Made by a program: the position numbers and the translations under genes. The notes beneath the pieces were generated by a model. It was not told where the DNA came from and made no database searches. It was given only the letters and a program-made list of their open reading frames with translations. From a virus (Duplodnaviria > Caudoviricetes), in the IMG/VR virus record IMGVR_UViG_3300040971_000021, positions 1 through 58,640 of that record: a stretch of 58,640 nt of DNA. One strand, 5' to 3'. Positions 1-8,454 of the stretch are shown piece by piece (position 1 is the first letter of the stretch; each line of letters starts with the position of its first letter).

Positions 1-84
1 TAACGTTCCGCATAACTTGCGGACTACTGGATTACGCTAAAAGCGCAGGCGTTATTACCGTCAAAGTTAATGCGCTGGTTAGTT
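1..84 (-). mobile_element. attC-like integron cassette recombination site (completed by 58633-58640 across the end junction)
   Basis: Minus strand: R'' AACTAAC (84-78), 5-nt spacer, L'' CATTAACT ... L' AGTTATG, 6-nt spacer, R' GTTATGC (58639-58633 if the shared TAACG ends are joined). This is canonical 5/8/7/6 geometry with one extra base in L''. Confidence 0.7.
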
Positions 85-102
85 TTTATAAGGAGATTGG
101 AT

Positions 103-354
103 ATGTTGAATAAAATACCCTTTATAGGTTGGATGTTTACTGCTATTGCCGCCGTTGGTCTTGCGGTGCCTTTCTGGTTTTTCTGGACTGTTTGCGGGAT
201 AGGAGCAACATATTTCTATTTTGTCCCTGAAGTGTTCAGGGTGATTCCTTTCTGGGATTGCTTCGGGCTGTTTATTGTTATTTTGATTGTAAAAGGGACA
301 TTAGTGCCGAAATTATTTAGCGTGTCAAATACGCAGAAGGTTGGCGAAAACTAA
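103..354 (+). CDS. small two-TM membrane protein, cassette-borne
   Basis: AGGAG at 91-95, ATG at 103; hydrophobic segments; flanked by complementary GTTAGTT (78-84) and AACTAAC (349-355). Confidence 0.75.
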   Translation: MLNKIPFIGWMFTAIAAVGLAVPFWFFWTVCGIGATYFYFVPEVFRVIPFWDCFGLFIVILIVKGTLVPKLFSVSNTQKVGEN

Positions 355-425
355 CAGTGCAATAAGTGGAAACAATTCCATCTATTAACGCCATTAACCA
401 ATAAACATGGAACCGAGTAGCAAAC

Positions 426-478
426 AAAAAACCCTGTGCCCAACAGCAGACGTTCTGCCAGGCACAGGGTTTAGTTTT
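426..478. terminator. bidirectional intrinsic terminator between converging early and late units
   Basis: 12-bp stem AAACCCTGTGCC/GGCACAGGGTTT with an A-run on the left and a T-rich tail on the right. Confidence 0.7.
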
Positions 479-808
479 GGTAGCAGGACAACCCCACCAC
501 CATATTTTTCATATAATGAATGTTATCCCAATAAGTTTAGTTTGTCAATTAATTATCTAAGGTATCACTCATTTAGATTTAAACTTATGCGCCGATAACG
601 GCGAAGGTCTGACATGATATTTTGATATACCTGCCAGCTTACAACTGACATCATGCTTTTTCTTAGTTTGACAATCAGTATCATAAAATAGTCCATGGTT
701 TCTTGTTGCGCCTGAATGCTCTCAGACAGGCCATCAAATCAACCCATGAATCAAAGCTTTTAATAGCGAACATCTGGGATCTCGCTTGAGTTGATATGCC
801 GAACCAGG

Positions 809-1300
809 TCACTTAGAACCTGAGATTGACTTGACCCATTCACGCGCAACGCTCAATCCTGCGGTGTTCGTGTCGCCTTCTCCAATGAGGCTTGAAACTC
901 CATCATCAAGCTGCTGTAGCGTTCGCTCAAGGTCGGAGCGGTCGAAGCAGGCAAGGTCAGGATTTCTGGAGCCGGGGGGAGCGGGGGGCACGGCACGGCG
1001 ACCGGAACGGATTTTGCGCAGCCGCTTATTGTCAGCAACAAGGCCAGCAATAGTAGTTTCATATTCATGGTCGATGTTCTCCTTTATTCGTTTATCGGTT
1101 GCCTCTTTATCTTTGGCTAGTTTCTCAGCGGCTTCACCCTGGGCCTTGACGTTGGCAATGAAGTCATTGAACGTTGCTTGTACTTCTGCCCTTCCGATAC
1201 TTCTTTCATGTGTTCGCCATCCGAAATATCCAACGGTCAGGGCGGAAACCAAGGCAGCTCCAGCAATCAGCTTGTAGTACCATGGAGTAAGACTCAACAT
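809..1300 (-). CDS. i-spanin (Rz-like)
   Basis: N-terminal TM helix plus coiled coil; lies in lysis cluster; contains an embedded lipoprotein gene. Confidence 0.8.
   Translation of the reverse strand: MLSLTPWYYKLIAGAALVSALTVGYFGWRTHERSIGRAEVQATFNDFIANVKAQGEAAEKLAKDKEATDKRIKENIDHEYETTIAGLVADNKRLRKIRSGRRAVPPAPPGSRNPDLACFDRSDLERTLQQLDDGVSSLIGEGDTNTAGLSVAREWVKSISGSK
853..1068 (-). CDS. o-spanin (Rz1-like lipoprotein), embedded in Rz
   Basis: Signal peptide with lipobox-like LLTISG-C, Pro-rich mature part, alternative frame fully inside Rz. Confidence 0.8.
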   Translation of the reverse strand: MNMKLLLLALLLTISGCAKSVPVAVPCPPLPPAPEILTLPASTAPTLSERYSSLMMEFQASLEKATRTPQD

Positions 1301-1551
1301 TCTGCATCCTCGTATGCTTCAGGTGTTGTCAGAAGCTGCCCATTAACTATTTGCTCCAACGTATTGCCCTTCGCTATAAAATCAAGCGTTTCCCCGTTGT
1401 GGCTGTAAGGGTGAATAATGATACGCACTCCACTTTCCTCGATGTCGTTAATTGCTTGAACAGCAACGCGAAAATCAGGGGATATTTCTACCACACCATT
1501 TATGCCTTCTGACTTCACCTTTGTTCTCAGTAGTTCCTCTAATTTCATCAC
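1294..1551 (-). CDS. hypothetical protein
   Basis: 85 aa, overlaps both neighbours. Confidence 0.65.
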   Translation of the reverse strand: MMKLEELLRTKVKSEGINGVVEISPDFRVAVQAINDIEESGVRIIIHPYSHNGETLDFIAKGNTLEQIVNGQLLTTPEAYEDAEC

Positions 1552-1769
1552 GTCTCCTTTGTTTTCTTTGCTTCAAGTCCAGTCTTAACCGCATCCGCAC
1601 CAGCGACAACACCAGCATGTGCCACGTTGGCCCCCAGATACGAAGCCAGCGCCCATTTTGTTATTTCGATAAATCCGGTTTGGTCAAGTTTTCCCCATGC
1701 AAAGAAAATGCAACAGATTAAGGTAAAGCCCACTGCAAGCCAAAACTTTCTACCATACTTGAGTTTCAT
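1548..1769 (-). CDS. putative holin / pinholin
   Basis: Two hydrophobic segments, basic C-terminus, GGAGG RBS, ATGA overlap with endolysin stop. Confidence 0.6.
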   Translation of the reverse strand: MKLKYGRKFWLAVGFTLICCIFFAWGKLDQTGFIEITKWALASYLGANVAHAGVVAGADAVKTGLEAKKTKET

Positions 1770-2302
1770 TGTTCCTCCCCAAGACATTTCCGATACTCTC
1801 TTTGCCTTCGATTAGTAAGCCCATTTAGACGGACAAGCGGATATTCCCACTTACCTGTTCTGGGATTCTTTACTTTCGGCTTGGTTCGATCTCGGTATTT
1901 ATCAAATTCAAGTATGGTTGCACATGCCCCTGCATAATCACCAATTGACAGCTTCCATGGAATAGATGATGCACAGAAGGCCCCTGTGCCAATATTATAG
2001 GAAAGTTCCATGAATGCGTTGTACTCGTGCTGGTAAAGGTCAACAGTAATACATTTCTTTAGTGAGGTCTCCATGACCATTATTTCCTGCATAGCAAGAG
2101 TGAGAGCTTGTGGGGGCGTGATGGTGTCGCCTTTCTTTACAGGTGTTCCATCTGGCTTTCTTGTGCTTCCGAACCCGTAAGTAAAAATTCCACCTGAATC
2201 AGGATAGGCACGGTCACTATACCCCTCAGACATCACCAAGGCAACTAGGGCGGTCGCTGAAAGGAATAGTGCTGCAACTGCTCTGCGGTCTATTTTTGGC
2301 AT
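1766..2302 (-). CDS. SAR endolysin, GH24 (T4-lysozyme-like) muramidase
   Basis: Ala-rich N-terminal anchor followed by E-x8-D-x5-T triad (EGYSDRAYPDSGGIFT); YNIG motif. Confidence 0.9.
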   Translation of the reverse strand: MPKIDRRAVAALFLSATALVALVMSEGYSDRAYPDSGGIFTYGFGSTRKPDGTPVKKGDTITPPQALTLAMQEIMVMETSLKKCITVDLYQHEYNAFMELSYNIGTGAFCASSIPWKLSIGDYAGACATILEFDKYRDRTKPKVKNPRTGKWEYPLVRLNGLTNRRQREYRKCLGEEQ

Positions 2303-2820
2303 TTTTTAAGGTATTCTTGCATATATTGATAGGCGGGGCTGGATGAATCGCAACCATCCCAGTCCTCAAATTGTTCTCCAGCAAGTCGCTGAGCTACAGC
2401 TTCAGTAAAATCGCTAGACAGTCCGAGGAATTTATGCTTATCATTAATTACTATTCCGCTCCGCCACTTCTTGTTGCGTTTGCTCCACATAACGCCCTTG
2501 ACCCCTGACGTGTTATTTTTGGGGCTTCCCGTATTCCTGAGATTGCAGACGTTGGATACTTCACGAAGGTTCTCTATTCCGTTTTTTGCCCTATCTCTAT
2601 TGATGTGGTCTACTTGATTCTCAGGGAAATAACCGTGATGCCAAAGCCATACAAGCCGATGTTCAAGGTATGCTGTGCCATCAATCTTAATATGGACATA
2701 TCCATTGTTTGCGATACACCCTGCATGACAGTCTTTATTCCTGCCACCGCCAGTCTTTCTCCAAAACAAACTTCCATCTCGATAGTCAAATAACTCTTTT
2801 AATCTTTCCTGCGTCAACAT
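2290..2820 (-). CDS. HNH homing endonuclease with AP2-like C-terminus
   Basis: LTQERLKELFDY, HRLVW, VDHINRDRAKNGIENLR, NTSGVKGV motifs. Confidence 0.9.
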   Translation of the reverse strand: MLTQERLKELFDYRDGSLFWRKTGGGRNKDCHAGCIANNGYVHIKIDGTAYLEHRLVWLWHHGYFPENQVDHINRDRAKNGIENLREVSNVCNLRNTGSPKNNTSGVKGVMWSKRNKKWRSGIVINDKHKFLGLSSDFTEAVAQRLAGEQFEDWDGCDSSSPAYQYMQEYLKKCQK

Positions 2821-2916
2821 TTCAAACTCCTTTGAAATTTACTCATAAGTAAATTCAGGGCAGGCGGTGAGTAGCCGCTTTTCGGGCTCGATTCCCTATC
2901 CCTAAAATCTTTATTT

Positions 2917-2945
2917 ATTGTATCATATTATTGTAATTATTGCAA
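2917..2945 (-). promoter_or_regulatory. sigma70-like promoter for the HNH gene
   Basis: TTGCAA-17 bp-TACAAT with extended -10 TG. Confidence 0.6.
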
Positions 2946-3194
2946 AATATCATCACTGTTTTCCGTGTTACACGATAAGTTTCTCTGAAAAAGCAATCTC
3001 GCATACATCCCAGCCATGATTACTATCAGTGACAAAACACCAAACCAGACACGCGGTAGATCATCGATGAACAGTGGCAAGAATATACCGCACACCTCAA
3101 GCACGGCAGCCAAAGCCATAAAGCGAAATGACCACGCTGTTTTTGCTATGACTTTCCAATCATCAAGGAGGGAAATATCCACTACCTTACGCAT
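2937..3194 (-). CDS. holin/antiholin-like two-TM protein
   Basis: LLDDWK..AWSFRF N-terminus, two TM segments, ARLLFQ; typical of phage lysis cassettes. Confidence 0.65.
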   Translation of the reverse strand: MRKVVDISLLDDWKVIAKTAWSFRFMALAAVLEVCGIFLPLFIDDLPRVWFGVLSLIVIMAGMYARLLFQRNLSCNTENSDDILQ

Positions 3195-3197
3195 GTA

Positions 3198-3413
3198 TCA
3201 CCAATAGTAAAAAAATAAACCAACAGGAGAACTTACTCCAGCCCACATAAGCCATCCCATCCAGGGACTATACACTTGTGCCACTCACTCCCGAAGATTC
3301 TTGTTTGCTGCCAGGAACCCTGTCTTGTTATCAAATGCTTCATCGTGCATCAGACAACACCCGCTCAGGTCATAATCCCACCATCTATCCGGCCAAAGAG
3401 TACATGCGTTCAT
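3198..3413 (-). pseudogene. phospholipase-A2-like (CC-x2-HD) protein with in-frame TGA at codon 43 (nonsense or recoded)
   Basis: Hand translation MNACTLWPDRWWDYDLSGCCLMHDEAFDNKTGFLAANKNLRE*VAQVYSPWMGWLMWAGVSSPVGLFFYYW; fills the gap between its neighbours. Confidence 0.55.
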
Positions 3414-3583
3414 GCCCGCTCCCGTAACCTAATCAGTATCTCGCCCCGATTATGGTCTATGAGGTCTTTTACCTCGCTTGCCGTTTTTGCATACATTTCT
3501 CGACACGAAGTACAGATAACTCCGGAATCATGATTTCTACCACATTCCTTGTGGCATTTAGGACATATAAATAATGGACTCAT
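3410..3583 (-). CDS. small zinc-finger protein (57 aa)
   Basis: Hand-read ORF with CPKC and CTSC, GAGG RBS, ATGA overlap downstream. Confidence 0.55.
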   Translation of the reverse strand: MSPLFICPKCHKECGRNHDSGVICTSCREMYAKTASEVKDLIDHNRGEILIRLRERA

Positions 3584-3596
3584 TTACTCACCTCGA

Positions 3597-3962
3597 TCAG
3601 CTAATACCCTTACAACGGATTTCCACCTTTTGCGAGACATTATCAAGGCAAGAAACAACTTCAGCCCACCGGTTAGCGTCTGCTAAATTATGGGCCGTGA
3701 TTATGGCCTGTATTCCCTCGACTGAGCGGTGCAGTTCTAACACATCCATCATTGTCCTTTTGCTCTCTGCCGCCCTGTCTTCAGCACATTTAAGAGACAT
3801 CCTGTCATGAGCGATGTAGCTGACAAACCTATGGCTACCAGTTTCATCAAAAACAGCCGTTCTTAGCTGACCGACATAAATTTTCATGCTGATAATCATC
3901 CCGATGAAACCACCAAGCTGAATACCCCAATTTATTGCATCTTTGATTTGTATAGGCTCCAT
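3597..3962 (-). CDS. membrane-anchored hypothetical protein
   Basis: One N-terminal TM; upstream of lysis genes. Confidence 0.65.
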   Translation of the reverse strand: MEPIQIKDAINWGIQLGGFIGMIISMKIYVGQLRTAVFDETGSHRFVSYIAHDRMSLKCAEDRAAESKRTMMDVLELHRSVEGIQAIITAHNLADANRWAEVVSCLDNVSQKVEIRCKGIS

Positions 3963-3971
3963 CCGTAGTCA

Positions 3972-4103
3972 CTATTGTTTAATTAGTCTTTCTATCCAAG
4001 AAAATATCCTGGAACAGGGAGAGACGTTATCCTTCTTTTCCTTCACTTTTAGATACCCGTAAAAACCAGCGCACGCTATCACTCCAATTATGAATCCGGT
4101 CAT
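3972..4103 (-). CDS. small membrane protein (43 aa)
   Basis: AGGAG RBS; MTGFIIGVIACAGFYGYL hydrophobic N-terminus. Confidence 0.45.
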   Translation of the reverse strand: MTGFIIGVIACAGFYGYLKVKEKKDNVSPCSRIFSWIERLIKQ

Positions 4104-4118
4104 ATCTACTCCTGAGAA

Positions 4119-4874
4119 TTATCTTTTTGGATAGTCCGAGAAAATCAAGTTACTTCTGTTTCTGCCGTTACATTCACCATCTTTTCGATCACAAATAGAG
4201 TGAATCATCGTGCCAATCTTATTCGTCGGCATCCCCTCAGCAAGATCTTTCGCATTAGAAGATGGCGCCAGGTAGTCCCATGATTGTAGCTTGAAGGTTT
4301 TGCCGCCATCCAGCGACCATACAGCAGCAAGTAAGGAATTAAGTTTATTGGGGAATGGTGGATATGGAATAACTGAGGGAGTTGTTATCCATCCAAGATG
4401 GTTCGCACCGTAAACGGCACTGGAAATATAAAGCTCTTGCGCTGATGGTGCAAGGGTGTCAGGTGAACTAGGCCATGACCCGCCCCATCTGGTAACATCA
4501 CCAGAGCGGATAAACTCTGTCACATTAACGATTGTCAATGTCGTCTTAGCTACCCCCTGGCAACTGATAGTCACCTGCCCAGATGTTATCCCATGCATGA
4601 TTGTTGCCAATCCACTTCCGTTTATAGATACAAGATTGTTATCACTGCTCTCCCAAGAAACTTCTCGTGTAATATTTTTCCCTGAATCAAGCGCGACAAA
4701 CTGCTGTACTCCAACTGTGGTAAAAACCCCAACACTCTCAGGGTAAATCTTTATATTGCCGGTCTCTCTCGTTGTTGTGCCGCTATTCTTCTTGTCCTGT
4801 TTTGGTTTTATCAAAAAATAATAAACACAAATTAGCACCAATGCTAAAATAATTAATCCTGAAATAATTTTCAT
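4119..4874 (-). CDS. membrane-anchored Ig-like (Big_2-type) domain protein
   Basis: N-terminal TM; VSWESSDNNLVSINGSGLAT...GQVTIS motif. Confidence 0.7.
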   Translation of the reverse strand: MKIISGLIILALVLICVYYFLIKPKQDKKNSGTTTRETGNIKIYPESVGVFTTVGVQQFVALDSGKNITREVSWESSDNNLVSINGSGLATIMHGITSGQVTISCQGVAKTTLTIVNVTEFIRSGDVTRWGGSWPSSPDTLAPSAQELYISSAVYGANHLGWITTPSVIPYPPFPNKLNSLLAAVWSLDGGKTFKLQSWDYLAPSSNAKDLAEGMPTNKIGTMIHSICDRKDGECNGRNRSNLIFSDYPKR

Positions 4875-5005
4875 TTTGCTACCTCTTTATTTATAAAATA
4901 AAACATCAATATTAGCCAACAGCATTCCCCTACCCATCCACACTTAGGGCACTCTTCTTTATAATCAGGCAATCTTGTATTGCATTCAGGGCAGTATGAT
5001 TTCAT
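4871..5005 (-). CDS. small zinc-ribbon protein (44 aa)
   Basis: Hand-read ORF with CPEC...CPKC, ATGA overlap with next gene. Confidence 0.45.
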   Translation of the reverse strand: MKSYCPECNTRLPDYKEECPKCGWVGECCWLILMFYFINKEVAK

Positions 5006-5063
5006 CACCACTTACCAATTATTTATACCGGAAGAAAAAACATTACTACTTCAAACCACGTCA

Positions 5064-5516
5064 TCATGATAGCAGCTTACCCGAATCCCTTGGAGTTCCT
5101 AGGATAAAGGTAAAAGTAGTTGGCATGGCTGGCATTAGGTCAAGTTCAATGCAACTATAATTTGGTATATCAATTTCAAGTTTACCGGTTTCAGATGGAA
5201 AACCACCATTACCAAACACTTCCTCTGCTCTTCCTTCCCAATGCGCTGGAACTCCATCTAATTCTTCCACCCAATTGATTGCATCAGGGTTGGCGTAAAT
5301 AGGCTCTACTCCAGATATAGCGTTAAGCTCCTGCACATTCCTTGCAGCTTTTTTCAGTGCATAAAGCCAGTCAAGCTCCTCCGTGGTTACTGGCTCAGTA
5401 ACAAGCTCTTCGTTGATGTAGGTGTAATTCCCATCGGCATCCAGCACAGGGACCTGCTCTGTAATCGTGCGAGTAACAACGGCATTTGCTCGATTTAATT
5501 TCATAAAAATTCGCAT
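5064..5516 (-). CDS. hypothetical protein (possible tail fibre accessory/chaperone)
   Basis: 150 aa, directly after tail fibre. Confidence 0.6.
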   Translation of the reverse strand: MRIFMKLNRANAVVTRTITEQVPVLDADGNYTYINEELVTEPVTTEELDWLYALKKAARNVQELNAISGVEPIYANPDAINWVEELDGVPAHWEGRAEEVFGNGGFPSETGKLEIDIPNYSCIELDLMPAMPTTFTFILGTPRDSGKLLS

Positions 5517-5525
5517 TTTATCACC

Positions 5526-7946
5526 CTAATTCGTTACCATAAAATCTGCTATATCGCCCATGATGGATGTTGTACCGTTTGAACCGATGAAGAAGTTTGT
5601 CCCGAAAACTGGAGCCGTTGTGGTCGATGTATTGCTCGTAGCTGCATTGCCATCAACTTTTATATCTAGAGTGTTGTCCGATTTAATATACGCTTCAATT
5701 ATGTACTGTGTGTCTTTTACAAGGGTCATTGTCCGAGTTGCTTTACCGCTTACCCCTGCAAGCTTCTTTTCGATGTATATGCTTGTCCCATCTGAGATCA
5801 CAGCAACATAGTTATTAGCATCAGTCCCAGAGTATCCAAGGTATGAAGTAAACCCAGCAACAAGAGCTGATGGAGTCCATGAAAACTTAAATTTCCTTCT
5901 GCCGCTGCTAGGGATATTGCCGCTGACTGGAATTGATGCCAAGACGGCTGATCTACTTGCTGGCCCGCCTTCGTAAGGCATGATTGAGGTGCTGAAGGGG
6001 AGTTCTTCGTTTGCAGGTACAATAAAAAAACAGACACCGCCAGCGTTACACTTTATTTCTGGTCTACCTAGCGCTATAAGAGTTCCTGTTTTTGTATACC
6101 TAGTAAACGCCGTTCCAGAAAAAGATGCCTCTCCTGCGACACCAAGTAATTTTAAATGGGGATATCCTGTAGCCCCTGCGACTGCGTTTCTAGCTATAAC
6201 ACTGGCAGAGCACAATGTTCCTATTGCAGAATCACCGTTCACATCAACAATAGCCTGAACAGTCCCTAACCTATTATCCAGCTTATAAACCTTCCCCCCA
6301 TTGACAATCTGCCCCAACTTGGCGGCATCGATAGCGGACTGATCGGTGACGATGGAGAGGACGGCGGCTACATCACCACTGAGGGTCATGCCGGTGATGG
6401 GGTTCTGGAAGACGGTACCGTCGTGATAGGCTTTGGTGCCTACGTAGTCGATGCACTCTTTTCCTGTCTCCGTAGCGGTAAAGGTAAGCGTACCTGTGAT
6501 AAGATACTTTGCTCCAACAGTATTTGCTGTACCTGATACGAGCGTAGCAACAGCACCCCAATCGAGAGAGATACGAGCCACAATCTCGTATGTTTTGCCT
6601 TTTACTGCCGTACCGCTTGCAAGCGTTGACCCATAGGCATCAGCCCTCGGCCTGCCCTCACAGATACATAAGTTCGTGCTCCCACGCTCAAAGGTCAGAC
6701 CTTTGGATGGGATGGGAGTTCCGTCTGCCTCGGATATTGACCACTCTTGAACTGGCACCAACATGGTCGGTATATACTTATAAGTCTCAAGTCCAGGAGG
6801 TAAAATAATAGCTTCATCCATGGCCGACATTATCTTTTGATGGCCTGTAATTAGTGGATGTACTTTGTCAACTGCGTAGTCAGAAAGGTCTAAGAGTACA
6901 GAAATATCGACGACTGTAACTTTATCATCACCAACAAACATAGATTTTAACTGTGCATTATAATCTCTTAACCAACTCAATTTTGTTCCTGTAAATGCAG
7001 GTGATTCTTGAATTGTGAAAAGCAATACGTTATCAGATGACAGTTTGGACGCCTCAGCTATGAGGCCGATTTGTGCAATCATTCCAGCTACGGGGTCAGA
7101 GCTTCCCATATCAATATCGTTTGTTCCACCATTGCACGTTATGATAGGGTATGTTTTTCCAGATATATCTGATACAAGCCTAGCTCTTATCTGGCTAAGA
7201 GTCTCCCCAGGCACAGCTTTTTTAAGAAGATCAAGGTTGTACTTGTTTGCATACAAGTTATTATAATTGTTTGAAACGGAACTAAAACCAACTCCGGCAG
7301 AGGATAACCCAATAGAGTCTCCGTTTGCATAAATAGATGTCACTATTTTCTCACAGACATACAACTCTGCGACATCAAAAACATGCGCCCCTGATGATAT
7401 TTTTCGCATACCAACATTGACAGTTGATAAACATTTTCCCAATTCTGCTTGTGTAGTTGACCACATACCTGATGGAATATTAGACATCTGGCTAGAAAAC
7501 TCTGCCCCTGTCAGAGATATCTGCAAGTCGTTAAATACGGCATCAATAACTCTCCACTTAACCCTAGCGACCATATTGGTATTTTTAGGGACAATTATAC
7601 TGTTTTGGTGTAAACCTTCTTGCGTAGAGCATGTAGCCCTTTGGTAGCCATCTCCAACTGTGATAGTAGTTGTTGAATAATTATACCATCCACTTGACGC
7701 ACCTGGTACGCTCAAGTCGCTCGTGTATCGTAACCTGTTCTCGTTTGACATCCGCAACCCAGAGAACGCAGGAACACCACTGTCAATCTTGCGGATCAAG
7801 CCCTCGTTATCAGCAACGTATTGTGAGCTACTACGAGTAAAGGTGATCGGCCCAGTGCCTTTGGCTACATCAAGGTTTCCGGCGAAGTAGGCACGGAAGA
7901 AAGTGTTTGCGCTTCCAAACCGCACAAGTCTTAACGCTCTATTCAT
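5526..7946 (-). CDS. tail fibre / tailspike with SGNH-GDSL esterase domain and C-terminal ConA/LamG-like domain
   Basis: GDSI, GGTND and DKVHP blocks; ITFTRSS N-terminus; beta-rich. Confidence 0.8.
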   Translation of the reverse strand: MNRALRLVRFGSANTFFRAYFAGNLDVAKGTGPITFTRSSSQYVADNEGLIRKIDSGVPAFSGLRMSNENRLRYTSDLSVPGASSGWYNYSTTTITVGDGYQRATCSTQEGLHQNSIIVPKNTNMVARVKWRVIDAVFNDLQISLTGAEFSSQMSNIPSGMWSTTQAELGKCLSTVNVGMRKISSGAHVFDVAELYVCEKIVTSIYANGDSIGLSSAGVGFSSVSNNYNNLYANKYNLDLLKKAVPGETLSQIRARLVSDISGKTYPIITCNGGTNDIDMGSSDPVAGMIAQIGLIAEASKLSSDNVLLFTIQESPAFTGTKLSWLRDYNAQLKSMFVGDDKVTVVDISVLLDLSDYAVDKVHPLITGHQKIMSAMDEAIILPPGLETYKYIPTMLVPVQEWSISEADGTPIPSKGLTFERGSTNLCICEGRPRADAYGSTLASGTAVKGKTYEIVARISLDWGAVATLVSGTANTVGAKYLITGTLTFTATETGKECIDYVGTKAYHDGTVFQNPITGMTLSGDVAAVLSIVTDQSAIDAAKLGQIVNGGKVYKLDNRLGTVQAIVDVNGDSAIGTLCSASVIARNAVAGATGYPHLKLLGVAGEASFSGTAFTRYTKTGTLIALGRPEIKCNAGGVCFFIVPANEELPFSTSIMPYEGGPASRSAVLASIPVSGNIPSSGRRKFKFSWTPSALVAGFTSYLGYSGTDANNYVAVISDGTSIYIEKKLAGVSGKATRTMTLVKDTQYIIEAYIKSDNTLDIKVDGNAATSNTSTTTAPVFGTNFFIGSNGTTSIMGDIADFMVTN

Positions 7947-7954
7947 AGCTAACC

Positions 7955-8326
7955 TTAAAATGCGTAGAGGGTGACTTTACCTACGGCAGATGCCACAGTG
8001 TTACCAGTCAGCGTCACCGTCAGCGCCCCGACGAAAGGGGAAGGGGAAAAAGATTCAAGCCGTCCAGTAGCCGTCAACGTCCCCGATGCAATCGTCACGC
8101 CAAGCGAGTCTTTAATCGTAACCGTTAATGTGTCTGGAAGCGTAACCGGCCCAAAGACAACGCCAACACCTGACAGATGCCCACCCTCAAGATGCTCTGA
8201 CGTATAAACAGCCATTGCATTCGGGGTTGCGTCGTATGTGAAGGTAAATGTTTCAGCTACGACTTGATCAAATCCTCCTGCGGCTGATTTTCCGATGTAT
8301 GTTGAATATGTTGCTGTGCTTGACAT
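7955..8326 (-). CDS. putative virion structural protein
   Basis: Thr/Gly/Val-rich beta protein, AGGAG RBS, precedes tail fibre. Confidence 0.65.
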   Translation of the reverse strand: MSSTATYSTYIGKSAAGGFDQVVAETFTFTYDATPNAMAVYTSEHLEGGHLSGVGVVFGPVTLPDTLTVTIKDSLGVTIASGTLTATGRLESFSPSPFVGALTVTLTGNTVASAVGKVTLYAF

Positions 8327-8349
8327 GATATCTCCTGTAGTTTAAAGAC

Positions 8350-8436
8350 AAAAAGCCAGAAACAGGTTTTATCCTGCAACTGGCTTGAAGTGCATTCCTG
8401 GTATTTACACGGGAATGCGATCAGCTTATATTGTGG
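8350..8436 (-). promoter_or_regulatory. two-hairpin leader with terminator, copy A
   Basis: GCATTCC-cGTGTAAATACca-GGAATGC hairpin, then AAGCCAG...CTGGCTTTTT; homologous to 37803-37897. Confidence 0.55.
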
Positions 8437-8454
8437 TACTTTAATGCAATTTTG

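Noticed and set aside
407-598. 63-aa ORF on the plus strand
   Set aside because: Crosses the terminator hairpin, has no RBS, and its composition is not protein-like
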